Assembly (NCBI GenBank): GCA_009602725.1
Contig: WELB01000005.1
Location: forward strand, 597,615-641,928
Source: Spirogloea muscicola
Lineage: Eukaryota
Direction: 5' to 3'
DNA: 44,314 nt
Part shown: piece after piece, positions 22,241-35,800 of the stretch
How positions within the stretch are numbered: the first letter of the stretch is position 1
Layout: each line of letters starts with the position of its first letter
Notes under the pieces: model-generated
Database searches by the model: none
The model's input: the letters and a program-made list of their open reading frames with translations, nothing else
Told to the model about the DNA's origin: nothing
Translations under genes and position numbers: made by a program

Positions 22241-23499
22241 CCTACTCTCTGTCCCTGCAGACAGGTACACTGCCTGGTCGTCGCAGGGCTATCACTACCC
22301 CTACCATTGTCCTCTGGATGCTAGACAGGGTCAACCTGGCAGGGTGTCGATCTGCAGCACGCGCTTCACTGCTTCCCCTGCTTGAGTCCTCTCTAAATCA
22401 ATCTCTTCTCGAACGCTTTCATCGTCCAAGCGAATATCATGAACTTGAATGCATGCTAGTGGAGAGAGGGCATAGTAGGAATCATCCAAACAATGGTCAC
22501 TTACCATGTCCCTTGGCTCTGCTCTTAGGAAAAGCGCAAGGAGCATGGCAACAAGTACACAACAATTGTACATGCTAGGCTGAATTGTGTTCAAAGGTAA
22601 GCTGATCAAGAAAATAGTTTTGGGGCATCCGTAATTGTACAAGGAGACCACTGCATGTCAGCGCCAGGGGGTCAACTATGGAGTGCTCTTATTCTGCAGA
22701 GGCCTGTGGGTTGTTCCTACCACTGTCTCATTCACTTTGTAAGGGCCGACTCTCAAAGTGCTACTAGTGTGCAGGCCTGTGGGATATCCTCATGACTGTA
22801 GCGTGGAGGTGCTGTGGCAGGACTATTACTGCAAGAGAGCAGAAGTCCTTGTCAGCTTCAACACGACGCATGGCCGAGATTCATGCTTTCAAGTATCATG
22901 ATCTTGAAGTCTGCTCATCTGTGAATAGCTATTTTTAGACACTAAGTCCAAACACATGCCCTGAGTGCTCATGACCCACATTTCTTGAGATTGGGCATGA
23001 AGATTGCATCCCAGCTCTTTTCAGATTCACCACATCAAAGTTGGCGATGAGACTGAAATTACTGCACCTGGGCCCCTCGTTGGCCTGGTTAGTTGCGCCC
23101 ACGCTTAGACCTAGCTTTGAGCGAAGTAGGACAAAAAGACCTCCAAGACCATCGTTACCAGCCTGTGTAGTGCAAATCGGCGTGGTAGAAGCGGTGAGTC
23201 CTCAAGGGCTCCCCACAGAATATGCCATTCGTTACACATATTGTCAAGCTCCAGATTGGGCTCCTCATCAATGGCCGTTCCTGCAGCAACTCAAAAACAA
23301 GCAGCAGTACTGTGCAGCACCATAGTATCACATCATTGCGGAAGTGGGAAAGGGGTTATCTGTTCTTGCTTAATAAGTTCGACCTTTGGTCTTGCTCCTG
23401 AAGACAGGAGAGCCTCTTGAGGGGGGCTTGCAATTGCCTCGGGCTACGCTCAAGCTGGAATGATTATTGTAACAATGAGGCAAGGGAATGGGCCTGATG

Positions 23500-24340
23500 G
23501 CAAACCAGATCCTGGCAGCGGCTGCTGGGGTTGCTGCAGAGATACCATGCCGGCGTCTGTGCAGCCTGACTATGGCCGTACGCGTGCTGGAGGAGGGCTG
23601 CAGGCCCCTGCAGCGGGGCTTCTCAGGCGGGCAGCTGTGGCAGCGGTGGCGGTAATGACAGATGCAGCCAAGAGGCTGCAGGGGCACTGGGTGCAGAGTC
23701 TCTGACGTGCAGCAGCGGTCGCTGATGCTGGCGGCAGCCGTGAATGTTGATGCGGCAGCAGCAATGGCAGCAGCAGCGGCGCCTGTGGCAGCAGCGCAAC
23801 CCGCTGGTGATAGTGAGCTGCGCGGCCACGAATTTGGCAGTGGGGCGGACGCTGAGAGAATGTTACTGCTGCCCAACAGTGCTCAAGCGGCCACTTCGAT
23901 GAGCACCGGTAGCCATTGATTGCTGGCAGCCGCAGATTGCGGCCGTAACAGCGACAAATACTGCAGCAGAGATGCCCGTGGTGGCAGCGGTAACGCCGTT
24001 GGCTAATGTTAGGAAGCGGCGCGGCCTCGGATTGAGCAGCGGCGTGTGTGCTGTGGGAGTAGTACGGGTGCCCACCAGTGCCCAAGCGGCCACTTGGAAG
24101 TACTTGATGCTGGCAGCCGCAGGTGCTGGCCCGCTGCGGCAGCAGCGGCGCGCTGCGTGGCCGCAAAATTGGGCGGCGGCGTGAGTGTTGTGGGAGTAGT
24201 AAGAGCGGCCACCAGTGCCCAAGCGGCCACTTTGACGTGCAGCGGCAGCCGTTGATGCAGCCGCCGCAATTTGCCGCCGTGGCAGCGGCAAGCAGCGGCA
24301 CCTGTGGCAGCAGCATCACCTCTGGCTGGTGATAGCAAGC
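23500..24340. repeat. Degenerate GCA/GGC-rich tandem repeat
   Basis: CAGTGC(T/C)CAAGCGGCCACTT recurs at ~23877, ~24076 and ~24213. The block TGACGTGCAGC...CCTGTGGCAGCAGC...GCTGGTGATAG occurs at ~23703 and ~24233. Confidence 0.6.
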
Positions 24341-24489
24341 GGCCAGGCGACAAGAGCTTAGGAAGAGGCACGGGGGCAGAGCGAGGACTGACTCTGAGGG
24401 GCAGTGTTGAATCCGAGGTCCGGAGGTAAGGAGTGGCTGGGGGCTGGCGGCAGTGGCGAGAATGAGGCAGGAGCAGCTGCCGAGGGGCT

Positions 24490-24810
24490 GTTGTAGGCTG
24501 GCACTTCACAGCCCTCCGCCCCCTTTGGGAGCGCTGCTTCTTTCTCCCGGGTCTGCTCACCGTCTCTCCTCACTCCTCCCCTCGCCCCCTCCCCTCCTCC
24601 CGCCTCACCCTCTTCCTCTCTCCTCCTCCCCCTCGTTCTCCCCCCCGCCTCTGCAGCCACCATGTCTTACCCCCTCCCCCCCCTCTATCCANGCCCTCCA
24701 TCTCTTTATACGCACTCATCCCCCATATTTGGCCCCTTCGAACCTTTGTCAATTCTTTTCGGGCTGGCTTTTCACAGCCCTTGCCCCAATTGGGAGTGCC
24801 ACTTTCTCAC
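24490..24810 (+). mobile_element. Two LINE 3' ends separated by a C/T-rich tract
   Basis: GGCTGGCACTTCACAGCCC at ~24496 and a family A 3' UTR at 24729-24808. A single n lies at 24692 and (GA)n follows at ~24877. Confidence 0.7.
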
Positions 24811-26357
24811 TTTCTCATCCCGCCACCCCGCCGCAATTTCGCACTTTCTCCCGCCCCCCCTCCCCGGAACGCGCGCGAGAGAGAGAGAGAGAGAGAAGCT
24901 ACTCAAAGAGGGGGCCAAAAGACGAAAGAAGTAAAGGTGGACAATCACCCGCTACGAAGACGGGGCGCGGCGCGAACCCGGGATCTCCACGCAGGCGCGG
25001 GGGAAGGCGCGAGAGAGATGCTGCCGGCGAGATGCTGCCCGGCGCTGCGCCTCCGTGCCGCGCCCGCCGCCCACCGGCCAAACCCGCCACCTGGAGAAGA
25101 CGCCACAGTGCCACGCGCCTCTCTGCCAAGCCTTGCCGTCCGATTCTGTGATCTCCATCGCCCCGCCGACGTGCCACACGCCGCTCTTCGCTGGCCTCGG
25201 TGCCCGGAAGCCCCGTTCAATGCAGGAGCTCGGCCCGTCACGTGGGCAGATACCCTGGGACCGGGAGCCCCCGAAGCCGACGCGTGGCAGGGCCACGAGT
25301 GGCGCCTGACGAAAGGGCAGGAGCACCGGATCAGCTGACGCCGGGCAAGACCTTCGAGTGGCGCCTGACGGACGGGACTCGGTAGACGGTAAGAGTTTAG
25401 CCCAATCTGAACAAATCGAGAGGAAAGTTGAGGCATTCGATCAGGAGTTCCCTGATGACGAGGCGCCATTGCGCATGCTGCTGCGTTGAAACGACGCCGC
25501 CGCAGAATACGTGAGAGTTGCCGCAGAAGCTGACGGTTCTTGGGCCAGACTGTGCTGTGCCCATACTCGTGTATTCCTGAGGACCTTTCCCAGTTGCTGC
25601 AACCCTTTTGAGGTCGGAATCCACATCATTGCCTGTCCACCGTGAGGTCCCCGCCGCCGCTCCAATCGTGCTGCCACTCTTTCATCTCGTCGTAGTCATA
25701 GTCAGTGATGTTGATAGCAAGCGCCACTGTGATTGGAACAATGTTGGCAGGAGCAAGCATGAAATCCATTGAGTGCACAGTCAACCTTGACTACCCCCAC
25801 CACAGCAAATGCCTACAATGCCACCCATGCTGCAGAGGCAACAAGATTGTGGACACTGTGTTGCTTTCACTCCCACCACGCCCTGTTCCACTCCTTGGGC
25901 AATGTGCTGCTCATTGGCCTTACTCGCTACTATGCTAGTAAGCTCTTCTCTTGATCACACACAGACTTGCCAACCTCCTGACTGTGGTCATTCGGCACTT
26001 CACGTCTACAAGAGCGTTCCTGACCTATCACGGTCTCTTCCTTGGGCCGCATCTCAATCATCGTCAAGCTCCCCCAAGCCACCATACGGCCTACCCATAC
26101 ATGTGGCTTGCTGCACCGCACAGTGACGGGATGCTGCTTCAGCGCCAGAACTGGAAAGCGCGGGGCAGTCAAAGGCACTTACCTTCGGCTGGCAATCTTG
26201 GCAGTTATCTGTACTTTCAACCGCCTTCATAGTCATTGCAAAAAGATGAGATTTGTGCTCTTTGCAGATTCACTTGTGGACTTGTCCAGGTTGCTGTGGA
26301 CAAACTTACTGAACAAGGCAAGCTAAGCTGCTGTTGCAGGGTGCCGCCTCATGTGCA

Positions 26358-28676
26358 TCACAAGGCGGCCTCTGTAAGCCTCCCAGCCTGAGCTGCCACC
26401 TCAGCGGCAAAGTCTTTGTCTTCCCTGCGAGCAGGCGCAACAACGTTTACCAAGCCGCCAAAGTCAGGCTATGTGCCTTGCCAGTGGCTATGTGCCTTGC
26501 CTTGCCATCACTGCAGCTTGATGTCTGCTAGGGTTTGGCACACTCCAAAGCAGCAGCTCCAAAGAAGGGGTAACTGCGTACCGCTCAATGCCCTCCCCAA
26601 CCTCCACACGGAGGAAGCCGGCAACTGCCAGCTCGCAGTCAAGGTCCTTGCTGGCCGCACTCAAAAAGGCCTAGTGGCATGGATGCAATGTCGTGACGCA
26701 AATGAATATCTGACGAAGCACTCAAAACTCGAACCTCTACTTGCGCCTGCATCATGGATTAGCCTAGCACACAGCAAGCATTGCACAAAAGCGTGCTGCA
26801 GGCCTAGCACATACACCGACGGTCTTGCTGTCATCCATAACGAGCCGTTGCTCCAACAGCACCACATCCTCAAAATACTTTTGCAGGCGGCCACGGACAA
26901 TCTTGTCCACCACTTTTTGCGGCTTGCCTGATGTTGACGCCTGCCAGCCAGCAGGAGCCAGACCAGGAGAAGACCTGAGTATGTGCTGGCCCACCACTGC
27001 CTTGCTAATTTTTTGCCAGGATCCTGCATATGCAGAAACTGGCACCACTCAGCTACCTCCACTAGGACCTTCATATGTTATTAATCCTTAGCGACAGTTT
27101 GTATACGCCCATGGCCTGTGCAAATGCCAGCCACGCGACTTGCGACCTGCGTGGCGAGGATCTCCTGCTCCCGCCGCAGGACGTCTTCAGTGACGAGCTC
27201 AAGGCAGAGGAAAAGTGGCCGCGCGGCAACCACGTGCATGGCAAGCTGGGCAGCAAGCTCTTGGAGCGCCTGCGGTGGTGGAGGCATGGGCCCATTGCCA
27301 GCACCTGTGATGCTCACTAGGCCAGCTATCTTTGCCAGGCCTGCATGCAACCTTCGGCCATGCACGACACGGCTGGGTGAATGCACGCCAATAAATGAGG
27401 CAGCATGGCCCTCACACAATCCCAGGCAGAGCAAGTGCCGCATGTTGTGTACCTGGCTCAGGACTGGCGTGCAAGTACGTGCCGACAGTACCACTGCCGC
27501 AGCCGCTACCGCTGCTTTTGGGCTGGCTCAGCCGAAACCCTCGGCGAAGGCGCACGTGCTCCCCGGTGATGGCCGCCACCTCTGCGACCATGTCCCGCAC
27601 CGTCGCCTCTCCTTGCAGCTTCGGGTGCTCCAGCGTGATCACACACGCCTGCACTTTGCGGTCAAGCCAGTGAAGTAATTGCCATCAATTCCGACTGCCA
27701 CACAGACGTAGCTGCAACGGCTCGGCGAGCTGTGCCAACTGTGCTACTGTGCAGGTTGGTGTCGATTGGTGCCACTGGGTTAAGGTGGTACCTCCAGGTG
27801 GGGCAACGCAACCTCCTCAATGCTGCCAATGCTGCTGCTGCTGGCACTGCTCGAGTCCACCTCCCATGCTGCTGCAGCCACGCGCGACACCTGCAGGGGG
27901 GCACGAGTTGCAGCTGCTGCTATGTCACAATCCACCGCTAGGCAGCAAGTGGGCAAGAGGTGAGAGGGCAACGGAGCGTCCCCTTGATAACAGCTTCTAA
28001 GTGGTGTCCAGTGCTTGCTCTTTCATGAGTGCGAGATGGGCGCCACAAGCTTTCCTCGCGTTGGCCCCTTGTCAATGGCCGCCAGTGCAGATGTTATATT
28101 GCAGCAGCCGAGGCAGGGTTCAGACGGAGACTGAACCGCAGCTGCTAATATCCAGGTGATTGCACGGTGCCATCGACGTCCCAAGTGAGCGAAGGCCTGT
28201 TGGCATAATCTGAGAATATGGGCTTATAACCAATCTAATTGGGTTTACTTAAGGGTTAAGGATCGGGGGTGAAGTGGCGCGCAGACCAGGTGGCGGAAGA
28301 GGTCGGTGCGCGCCACGAAGTCCGTCTCGCTATTGACCTCCACGACGGCGGCGCGGCCAGGGGCGGCAGCGACGCCCAGGAGGCCCTCGGCGGCAGTGCG
28401 GCCGCGCTTCTTGCCCGCCGCCGCCAGGCCGCGCTTGCGCAGCTCCACAAATGCCGCCTCTGCGGCCAGCGCCGCCAATGAGACGGGATGTACTCAGCAC
28501 CGCCAGTGGCCTGCTTTCGATCGCTTGCTCGTTGGCGGCGGCGGCGGCCGCACCGTCGTCCCAGGCGCAGGCGACGAGGACGGCCTTGACGTCCTTCATG
28601 GGCGCGCCCGTGCGCTCGCGCAGCCGTCGGATGGCCGCCGCCGAGCTCCCTCCGCCGCCGCCGGCGCCGGGCCCGC
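26358..28676 (-). CDS. TSFM: Translation elongation factor Ts, mitochondrial type, 5' end in gap
   Basis: [132 protein letters not shown]...AAL stop. Confidence 0.9.
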
Positions 28677-29071
28677 NNNNNNNNNNNNNNNNNNNNNNNN
28701 NNNNNNNNNNNNNNNNNNNNNNNNNNNNNNNNNNNNNNNNNNNNNNNNNNNNNNNNNNNNNNNNNNNNNNNNNNNNNNNNNNNNNNNNNNNNNNNNNNNN
28801 NNNNNNNNNNNNNNNNNNNNNNNNNNNNNNNNNNNNNNNNNNNNNNNNNNNNNNNNNNNNNNNNNNNNNNNNNNNNNNNNNNNNNNNNNNNNNNNNNNNN
28901 NNNNNNNNNNNNNNNNNNNNNNNNNNNNNNNNNNNNNNNNNNNNNNNNNNNNNNNNNNNNNNNNNNNNNNNNNNNNNNNNNNNNNNNNNNNNNNNNNNNN
29001 NNNNNNNNNNNNNNNNNNNNNNNNNNNNNNNNNNNNNNNNNNNNNNNNNNNNNNNNNNNNNNNNNNNNNNN
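28677..29071. other. Assembly gap
   Basis: Run of N between two divergent GC-rich gene starts. Confidence 1.
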
Positions 29072-30441
29072 GCCACGGCGGCGGAGCGCGCCATGGCCGC
29101 CGGGCCGGCGGTGGGCGCGGCGGCCGTGCTGTACGACGACGCCGTCCTGGCGGCCGTCGACAAGCCCGCCGGCGTGTACAGCGAGCACGTCCTCGCGTCC
29201 ATGCCTGCCGTGCTGCACGGCGCGACCTACAGCTCGCCGCCGCCGCAGAGGCGCCCGCCGCCGCCCGCCGTCGCTGTGTCCGGCGACGCCAGTGCTAGCC
29301 CAAGCGGCAGCAGCAGCGACAGCTGCCACTTTGGCGGTGGTGGCGGCTGCAGCAGCAGCTCCTCAGCGCTTGCGCCCCAGGCAGGCGAGTCAGGTGAACC
29401 CCCTTCGACTTCTCGGCACAGCAGCCGACGCTGCCGAGGGGATCGCTGGCAGGGGCTGCAGAGGGCTTCGATTGTGGACGCCTAGGCCAGGCCTTGGGGT
29501 CAGGGCCAGTGGTTTAGGGCTCAGAGCCTGCCAATGTGGCGCTCCTGCCGCAGCTGAACCTGGGGAAAAGACAGAGTGCTAGATACATTTCAGTCTTCTA
29601 TCTGGACTTCTCGTCAGAGTCGTGGAGCTAGCTCTCGTGAGCAACAGGCAGCCCCTCCGCAGGTCTGCTTCTGATGGCAAGGGCGGTCAAAGCACCAGGA
29701 GCATGACTTAGCTCCTGTGCAGGGTGATGACAGGGACTCAGGTGCCACTGGTCTGTCTGTGCAGGTACGAAGGAGGCGTCGCCGCCTTTCTACCTCGTGC
29801 ATCGGCTGGACCGGGACACAAGTGGCGTGCTGATGATTGCCAAGGGTCGTGCGGCAGCTGGCGCTGTGGGCCGCACACTTGCAAACCGTTCCTTCCGCAA
29901 GTTCTATGTTGCGCTGTGTGGAGCCCGAGCCGGCTCTGGCGCCGGCGCGCCGTCATGGGCGCGGCAAGCTGTGGCCACTGGCCACGGTCGGTCGCGGGGC
30001 GGCCTCTGGCGCGTGTATGCGCTCGAGGATGTTGGCCGCATGCTGCCAGGTGGCTCCTGCGTGAAGCGGATGGATACTGCTGTAGAGGTGCTCGCCGTGT
30101 GTAACAGCTTTGATGTTGCCAGCGGCAGCACGGCTGTAGTGCTACCAGAATCATCCGGCCAATCTGATGGCAACGGTGGAGCAAAATCACTGGCAAACAC
30201 CACTATGGTACTTCTACGCGCCACACCAACCACAGGTCGTACTCACCAGATCCGTCTTCACTGCCAGCACCTTGGGCTGCCCATTGCCGGCGATGTTCGC
30301 TATGGCGGCCTGCCAAGATCTGCACATGCGTTGCATGCAGAGAGTGTGGCCTTTAACCACCCTACAACTGGTGCCGTTCTCCGAATCTCAGCGCCATTGC
30401 CTTCATGGGCCGTCGCCGCTCTTGATGCTCGGATGTTCTAG
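29072..30441 (+). CDS. RluA-family RNA pseudouridine synthase (plant RNA pseudouridine synthase 1-like), 2 visible exons
   Basis: VDKPAG motif in the first visible exon, intron ~29394-29765, catalytic HRLDRDTSG, GHGRSRGGLWRVYA, TGRTHQIRLH, GDVRYG and LHA. Confidence 0.9.
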
Positions 30442-30740
30442 ACTGTCGGCTCTGATCCACCCGACAAGGTTTGCTCCTTGCACTGCTTACATGTTGCTTG
30501 CTGGTGGAATGTACTACACGTGTGGATGTAGGTTGAATGCACAAAGCAATAAGACGCACTGAGTCTCACAAAGAGAGGCTTTCAACAAGCGCTTGGCCAC
30601 TCTGTAAGTAGCATGGCCTTCCAGCACCAGAGATGCCATTTCGTACAACAGAGGCATGCCTCAGCCACACAGCTGCAGCATGGTGGCTATCCATGAGAAG
30701 GTGGGTGAGCGCTGCAATGGCAGCACGGCACTTCGAGATT

Positions 30741-32547
30741 CTAGTCAGCCAATACTGGTGATGCGAGCAGCTCTGCTTCCCTTTCCCGTAGGCATTCTCT
30801 CATCAGCTCGCCAAGCTTGCCACAGCTCTCCAAGCACAGGTCCAGCGCCTGCCCAACCAGCCGCGCCGCCACCCAGCCAGTGCAATAAGCTTGAGCTGAG
30901 CACAATGAGTCATTCAGAGCAGGGAGGCCTGCTCGCCTGCACGAGTGGTAGGTGCAAGGTAGCGAAACCAACTGGTCTAGGCATGCACGAGCGCCAAGCC
31001 AATGACTGCTGGCGAATAACAGAATGTGGGGCATAAGTGGGTGTAGGATTGCGGTGCAGCCACCTCAGCGACCTGCCCATGTGTCCACATGCCCGTCATA
31101 GTGCACTGCGTGAGCTCGTTGCGCTCATGCATGGCTGCCACAAGCATGCTGCCGTCCTCGCTGGCCTCCTCCTCACTTGTGGGGTCCAAGAGTACTGCAG
31201 CCTCCGTCAGGCTCTGCATTCACGGTGAGGCGCCAGCGGCCAAAGATGCACTTCAACAATTATCATGGAGTGCTCATGACTTTGCTCAAGCTCCAGGCGG
31301 AGTTGCTTTTCCTAATCCGCTGCATTTCTAATGAAGTTCTGATGCACAGTCCACAAGCATAGCCACTAAGAAACACACAAGCAGCTCCGCCACAACGAGA
31401 ATCAGCAAGCAGAATGAGCAATTTCGCTGACCAAGTGAGCCAGCCAAGGTGTCAGAGTATGGCTTTCAGCCTAGGATTTCGGGTGATCCATAACACAATC
31501 TGGCATCATGGTTAAGAATAATCTCTGAGCAACTGGTGAGGACCCACCAAAGCCACGGCCGGAGTCAGGTCCAGCATTGCGACGCCCGCATCAGCGAGGG
31601 CCATCGAGGCCGCCGTGATTGTCATGGCCAGGTCCGCTGCCAATGTTGCCACCCCCACCACCAGCAGGCGATCAGCACCATCTCAGGGCAAGTGCAGGTC
31701 GTCGCCGTGGGGTGGCGGCCATTGCAAAGCACAACCTTGACTCATCCAGGGCCCGAGAAAAGGTGATATGATCCTCGCTTGGCTCAATCAAGTGAACTTT
31801 GATGGGCCCAGGATGAGGGATCAGGTTTTTGAGTTCAGCTGCCCGCTCACAGCCGCCGGACTGGAGGATGAGTGCAAAGACGTCGACAGTGGTCTTGGGG
31901 AAGGCGTGGAGCTGCACCGAAGACGCGAGGGCGCCATGCAGCGCGGTCGAGAGCTCGCGCTCCTCCTCCTGCTGCGCTGCGCCGCGGCCATACTTGCCGC
32001 GGCGCGCGCTCGCGAAGCTCGCGGCCCGCACGTCGCAGTTGAGGCTGCCCCGGTCACTGAAGGCCTGCGCCTTGCGGCTTTCCCGTGGCCCGTACCTGTG
32101 CCTCGGCCATGGGGCAGCTCAAGCCGACAGAAGGATAGGACGAAGACGACAGCTGTGGCGTCTACACCAACAGGGTCAGTGGGCTGCCTTTTCAGCGGCA
32201 CCGAGACTAAGCGGTCCCACGGAGACGAGCGAGCCAGCGAGCGACTCACACGGCGACGAGAACCTTGGTGTCGCCGAGCTCGACGTACGCGGAGCCCGCG
32301 GCCTGGCTGACGGTGCCGGCCTTGAGGACTGCGCCACGCCGCGACGAGCAGCGCCGCTGGGTGAGATCGTGAAGCGGCGGCAGCCGAGGAGGTCGCGACC
32401 GAGCGCCGGTACTGACAACGGCGCTCTCAGAGGCGGCGACGGCGGCGGCGGCGGCGGCGGAGGCTCACAGGCGGGGCGGAGCTCCTCGGGCTGCCTGCCG
32501 TCGGCGCGCGCGCCGACGGCGGCGGGGTCAGCGCCGCCGGCAAGCGG
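30741..32547 (-). CDS. RRP41L: RNA exosome RNase PH-ring subunit RRP41-like/MTR3, 5' end in gap
   Basis: RADGRQPEELRPA|FLKAGTVSQAAGSAYVELGDTKV|YGPRES...FPKTTVDVFALILQSGG|SDLA...LADAGVAMLDL|LLDPTSEEE...LTQCTMTG|ALDLCLESCGKLGELMRECL. Confidence 0.9.
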
Positions 32548-32860
32548 NNNNNNNNNNNNNNNNNNNNNNNNNNNNNNNNNNNNNNNNNNNNNNNNNNNNN
32601 NNNNNNNNNNNNNNNNNNNNNNNNNNNNNNNNNNNNNNNNNNNNNNNNNNNNNNNNNNNNNNNNNNNNNNNNNNNNNNNNNNNNNNNNNNNNNNNNNNNN
32701 NNNNNNNNNNNNNNNNNNNNNNNNNNNNNNNNNNNNNNNNNNNNNNNNNNNNNNNNNNNNNNNNNNNNNNNNNNNNNNNNNNNNNNNNNNNNNNNNNNNN
32801 NNNNNNNNNNNNNNNNNNNNNNNNNNNNNNNNNNNNNNNNNNNNNNNNNNNNNNNNNNNN
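32548..32860. other. Assembly gap
   Basis: Run of N between two divergent GC-rich gene starts. Confidence 1.
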
Positions 32861-35800
32861 GCTGCGGGCGACGGCGGCGCGGGGGCGGCGCGCGGCTGCC
32901 GCCTGCTGCTGGCGGTGGCCGTCGGCGTCCTGCTCGTCGAGGCCGCCGAGGTCCTGTGGGCGTCGTCACGCCGGGCGCAGTTGCCGTCGTTGCCGTCGCC
33001 GCTGGCCGCCGCGGCGCCCGCCGGCTCGCTCGCGCAAGCTCCGCGCGGCGAGCTGGTCGACCGGATCCTCCAAGCCGCCGGCCTCGCCTGCGCGCCGCCG
33101 CCGTCCGCCGAGGCGCTCGGCGACGCCGAGGCGGCATTCGCCGCCGGCCTTGGCGCCGACGGCTTCTACAGCTTCCTGATCCAGGTGCAATCAAGGCTCT
33201 CGTTCGTCGATAACCACGTCGCCGCCGTCTGCTCGAGCTCAGTGGCACACTGCAGCTGGCCGCCGGCTTCCCCTGTCGCTCGCTGATCGGACGCCAGTTC
33301 CATATTCTCGGCTTTGGCGCGCGCAGTACCCGAACCTGGTCGACGCGCCAGACGCCGTGTGGCACGTCCTCGCGCGCGGCCTCTCCTCGCTGGTCGCTGG
33401 CTCCGCGCGCTACGCCGGCGATGCCCTCTCTCGCCACCACGGCAATGCCACCTACATTGTCTCCTTCCGGCCCATTGAGGACGGCCCCCACAAGGTCCCT
33501 GTGATCCTTGCCGCAGAAGGCTGCCTGCCATAGTGGCCGCCAGTGTAGCTACCAGCCGCCTGTGTAGCCACCAGCTGCTGCTCATGCACTCGGCTGACGC
33601 CTGATCGTCTGCCTCCAAGTCACGTGTTGCAGCGCTGCCCTTCTTGTATGCAGGTAGATGTGCGGCTTGAGTACGAGCACCGCGTGGACGCGATCGAGGG
33701 CATCCTTCCCGCGATCACCGACCCGCGCATGTGGGCCGACGGGTACCCCGACATCGGCCCCTCGGGCCTCGTCTCGCCGCCGCTCGTCGGGCAGTACGCT
33801 CCGGGGTCGCCGTTCACCGTATGACGTCCTCGCACACCCTCTTGACCACCCGCCTTCCTCCTGCTTCCTGCTCGACAGCAGCAATGACAATAACGCACGA
33901 ACAGTGCCCTGCTCGCATGTGGAGAGGCACGAGGTGACCCATATCTATGTGATGCTATGAGTGCTGTCAACAGCGAGCTTGGCAGTTGAGCAGGCGCAAG
34001 AGGCGAGTGCTGCAATGTGGCAGGTGAATATCAGCGCCGGCAGCCTCAGCAAGCAGCACGTTGCTGAGGTGGCGCCGGCGCATCTTCCGGCCTGCACAAG
34101 CGGCAAGCACGCCGGCGCGTGGGTGAAGCTGCCGCGCCTTGCGAAGCGCACGCAGCCCTTCTGGCCTGGCCAGTACATTCCTGGCGAGTGCCCACGCGGG
34201 TGCAAGGATCCCACTTTGTGAGGCCGCTACTGACCTGAACCTCGGCTCCTGCTTGGCTCGTAACCTCATCAATGAGATATATGAGTGCCCGGTCCCAACA
34301 AAGCCGACCTTGACTTTGAATGATGTCACTCAATAAGCTAGACAAGGTTGGCTCGCTGAGCACACTGTTGAGTTGATAGCTGCGCTAACGGTAGCCATGT
34401 TGGCCAATGCCTGGTGATGCTGCCGTGCAGGATCCAGTGCGAGCCGTTGGAGCCGGTCGGCCGACCAGCGCTGCTCCGACACATGCAAGGGCAGGTCATG
34501 CCCTGGTACAAGTGAGTATGCACAGACTGGAATCACATATAGATGATTGCGGAGGTGCCAAGATGCAAGTCAGTGGCTCTCTGCCTGATCTGCTGGCTCC
34601 AGCTCCACCTTCTGGGATGCAGCTATGACGAGTGGCGTGCGTACGACTGCAAATACCGGCGCTATAGCCAGAGCAAAGGGCAGGCCTGCCTGCAGCGCAA
34701 GCGTGTGATGGTCGTTGGCGACAGCGTCGCGATGCAGCAGTGCAACTACCTCGCCTGCAGCCTCCTGCAGCGTGAGCCACACAAGTTGTGCGACTACCAC
34801 TGTGCCCACCGGGTACTTCAGGAGCCGTGCTTTGAAAACCAGGTGAGCATCGACCTTATTGGCCTGTTGACTCCTCAATGTGTGTCATGCCTGGGCAAGC
34901 CCTTTGACTTGCTGATGTTGACTGTGGAGCTCAAGCTGAGGCACAGGGCAACGCTGGCGGAGCTGCATGGCAGGCCGGTAGCTCGGAGCGCGTCCTGTGC
35001 ATGACGCCAGAAATGTTCTTCGGGCCAAAGGCAGAGATGGACAAGCATGGGGAGCGGTATGTGTACAACGAGCACACCTGGATGCACGTCCGTAACGCAC
35101 TGTGGCTGGCCAATGCCATCCCACGTGGCGAGCGCCGCCAGTTTATAAAAGAGGCCCTCAAGCGTCATGGGTGGGACAAGAAGGAGGTCAAATTCCTGCC
35201 TTCCCCTTCCCATTGTCTTCAGTACTTCTGCATGCTCTCTTCTTCACAAGGAATCTAGACCAAGAAGAAGATACTGTCTGACGGCTTACAGATCAGTGTA
35301 ACGAAGTCTTTGCTTTTCGTTGAGCATGCCAGCTCACATCATAGCTGGCTGGCGGGTCTCAAGCGAGCAGGAGGGTGTGGAGACCATCGTTGTCCTAAGC
35401 GTGGGCCTGCACGATGGCACTCTCAGCTGGGACCTTTTTCAAGAAGCATTCTCCGTGCCGTCCCGGGAAGGTGGAGGGTCTTGGGGGCCCCTTCTTGAGG
35501 ACATGCTTGAGTCGCCGTTCGACCGGGTCATCTGGCAGTCTCAGGTGAAGTATCCTCTGCACCTCTTAAAAAGTCAAATGCTAAGATTCTCAGTCTGTCC
35601 AACCATCCAGCTTAACTGCTGTCAATACAACTAAATTTCATTGCTAGATCTGGCAGTGCTGCTCCTCAAGCAATCCTCCTGATTCAGTGCCCCATAATCT
35701 GTAGCCCTGAGCAGTCGTGAGATGACGTAATGTGTGCAGATGGCAATTCATAAGTATGTTGCAGATACCACAAATTGCACAGACATCTGGAAGCTTGCCG

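Noticed and set aside
22250..23400. Short ORFs and a small AGGCCTGTGGG duplication
   Set aside because: No recognisable domain or splice-consistent model.
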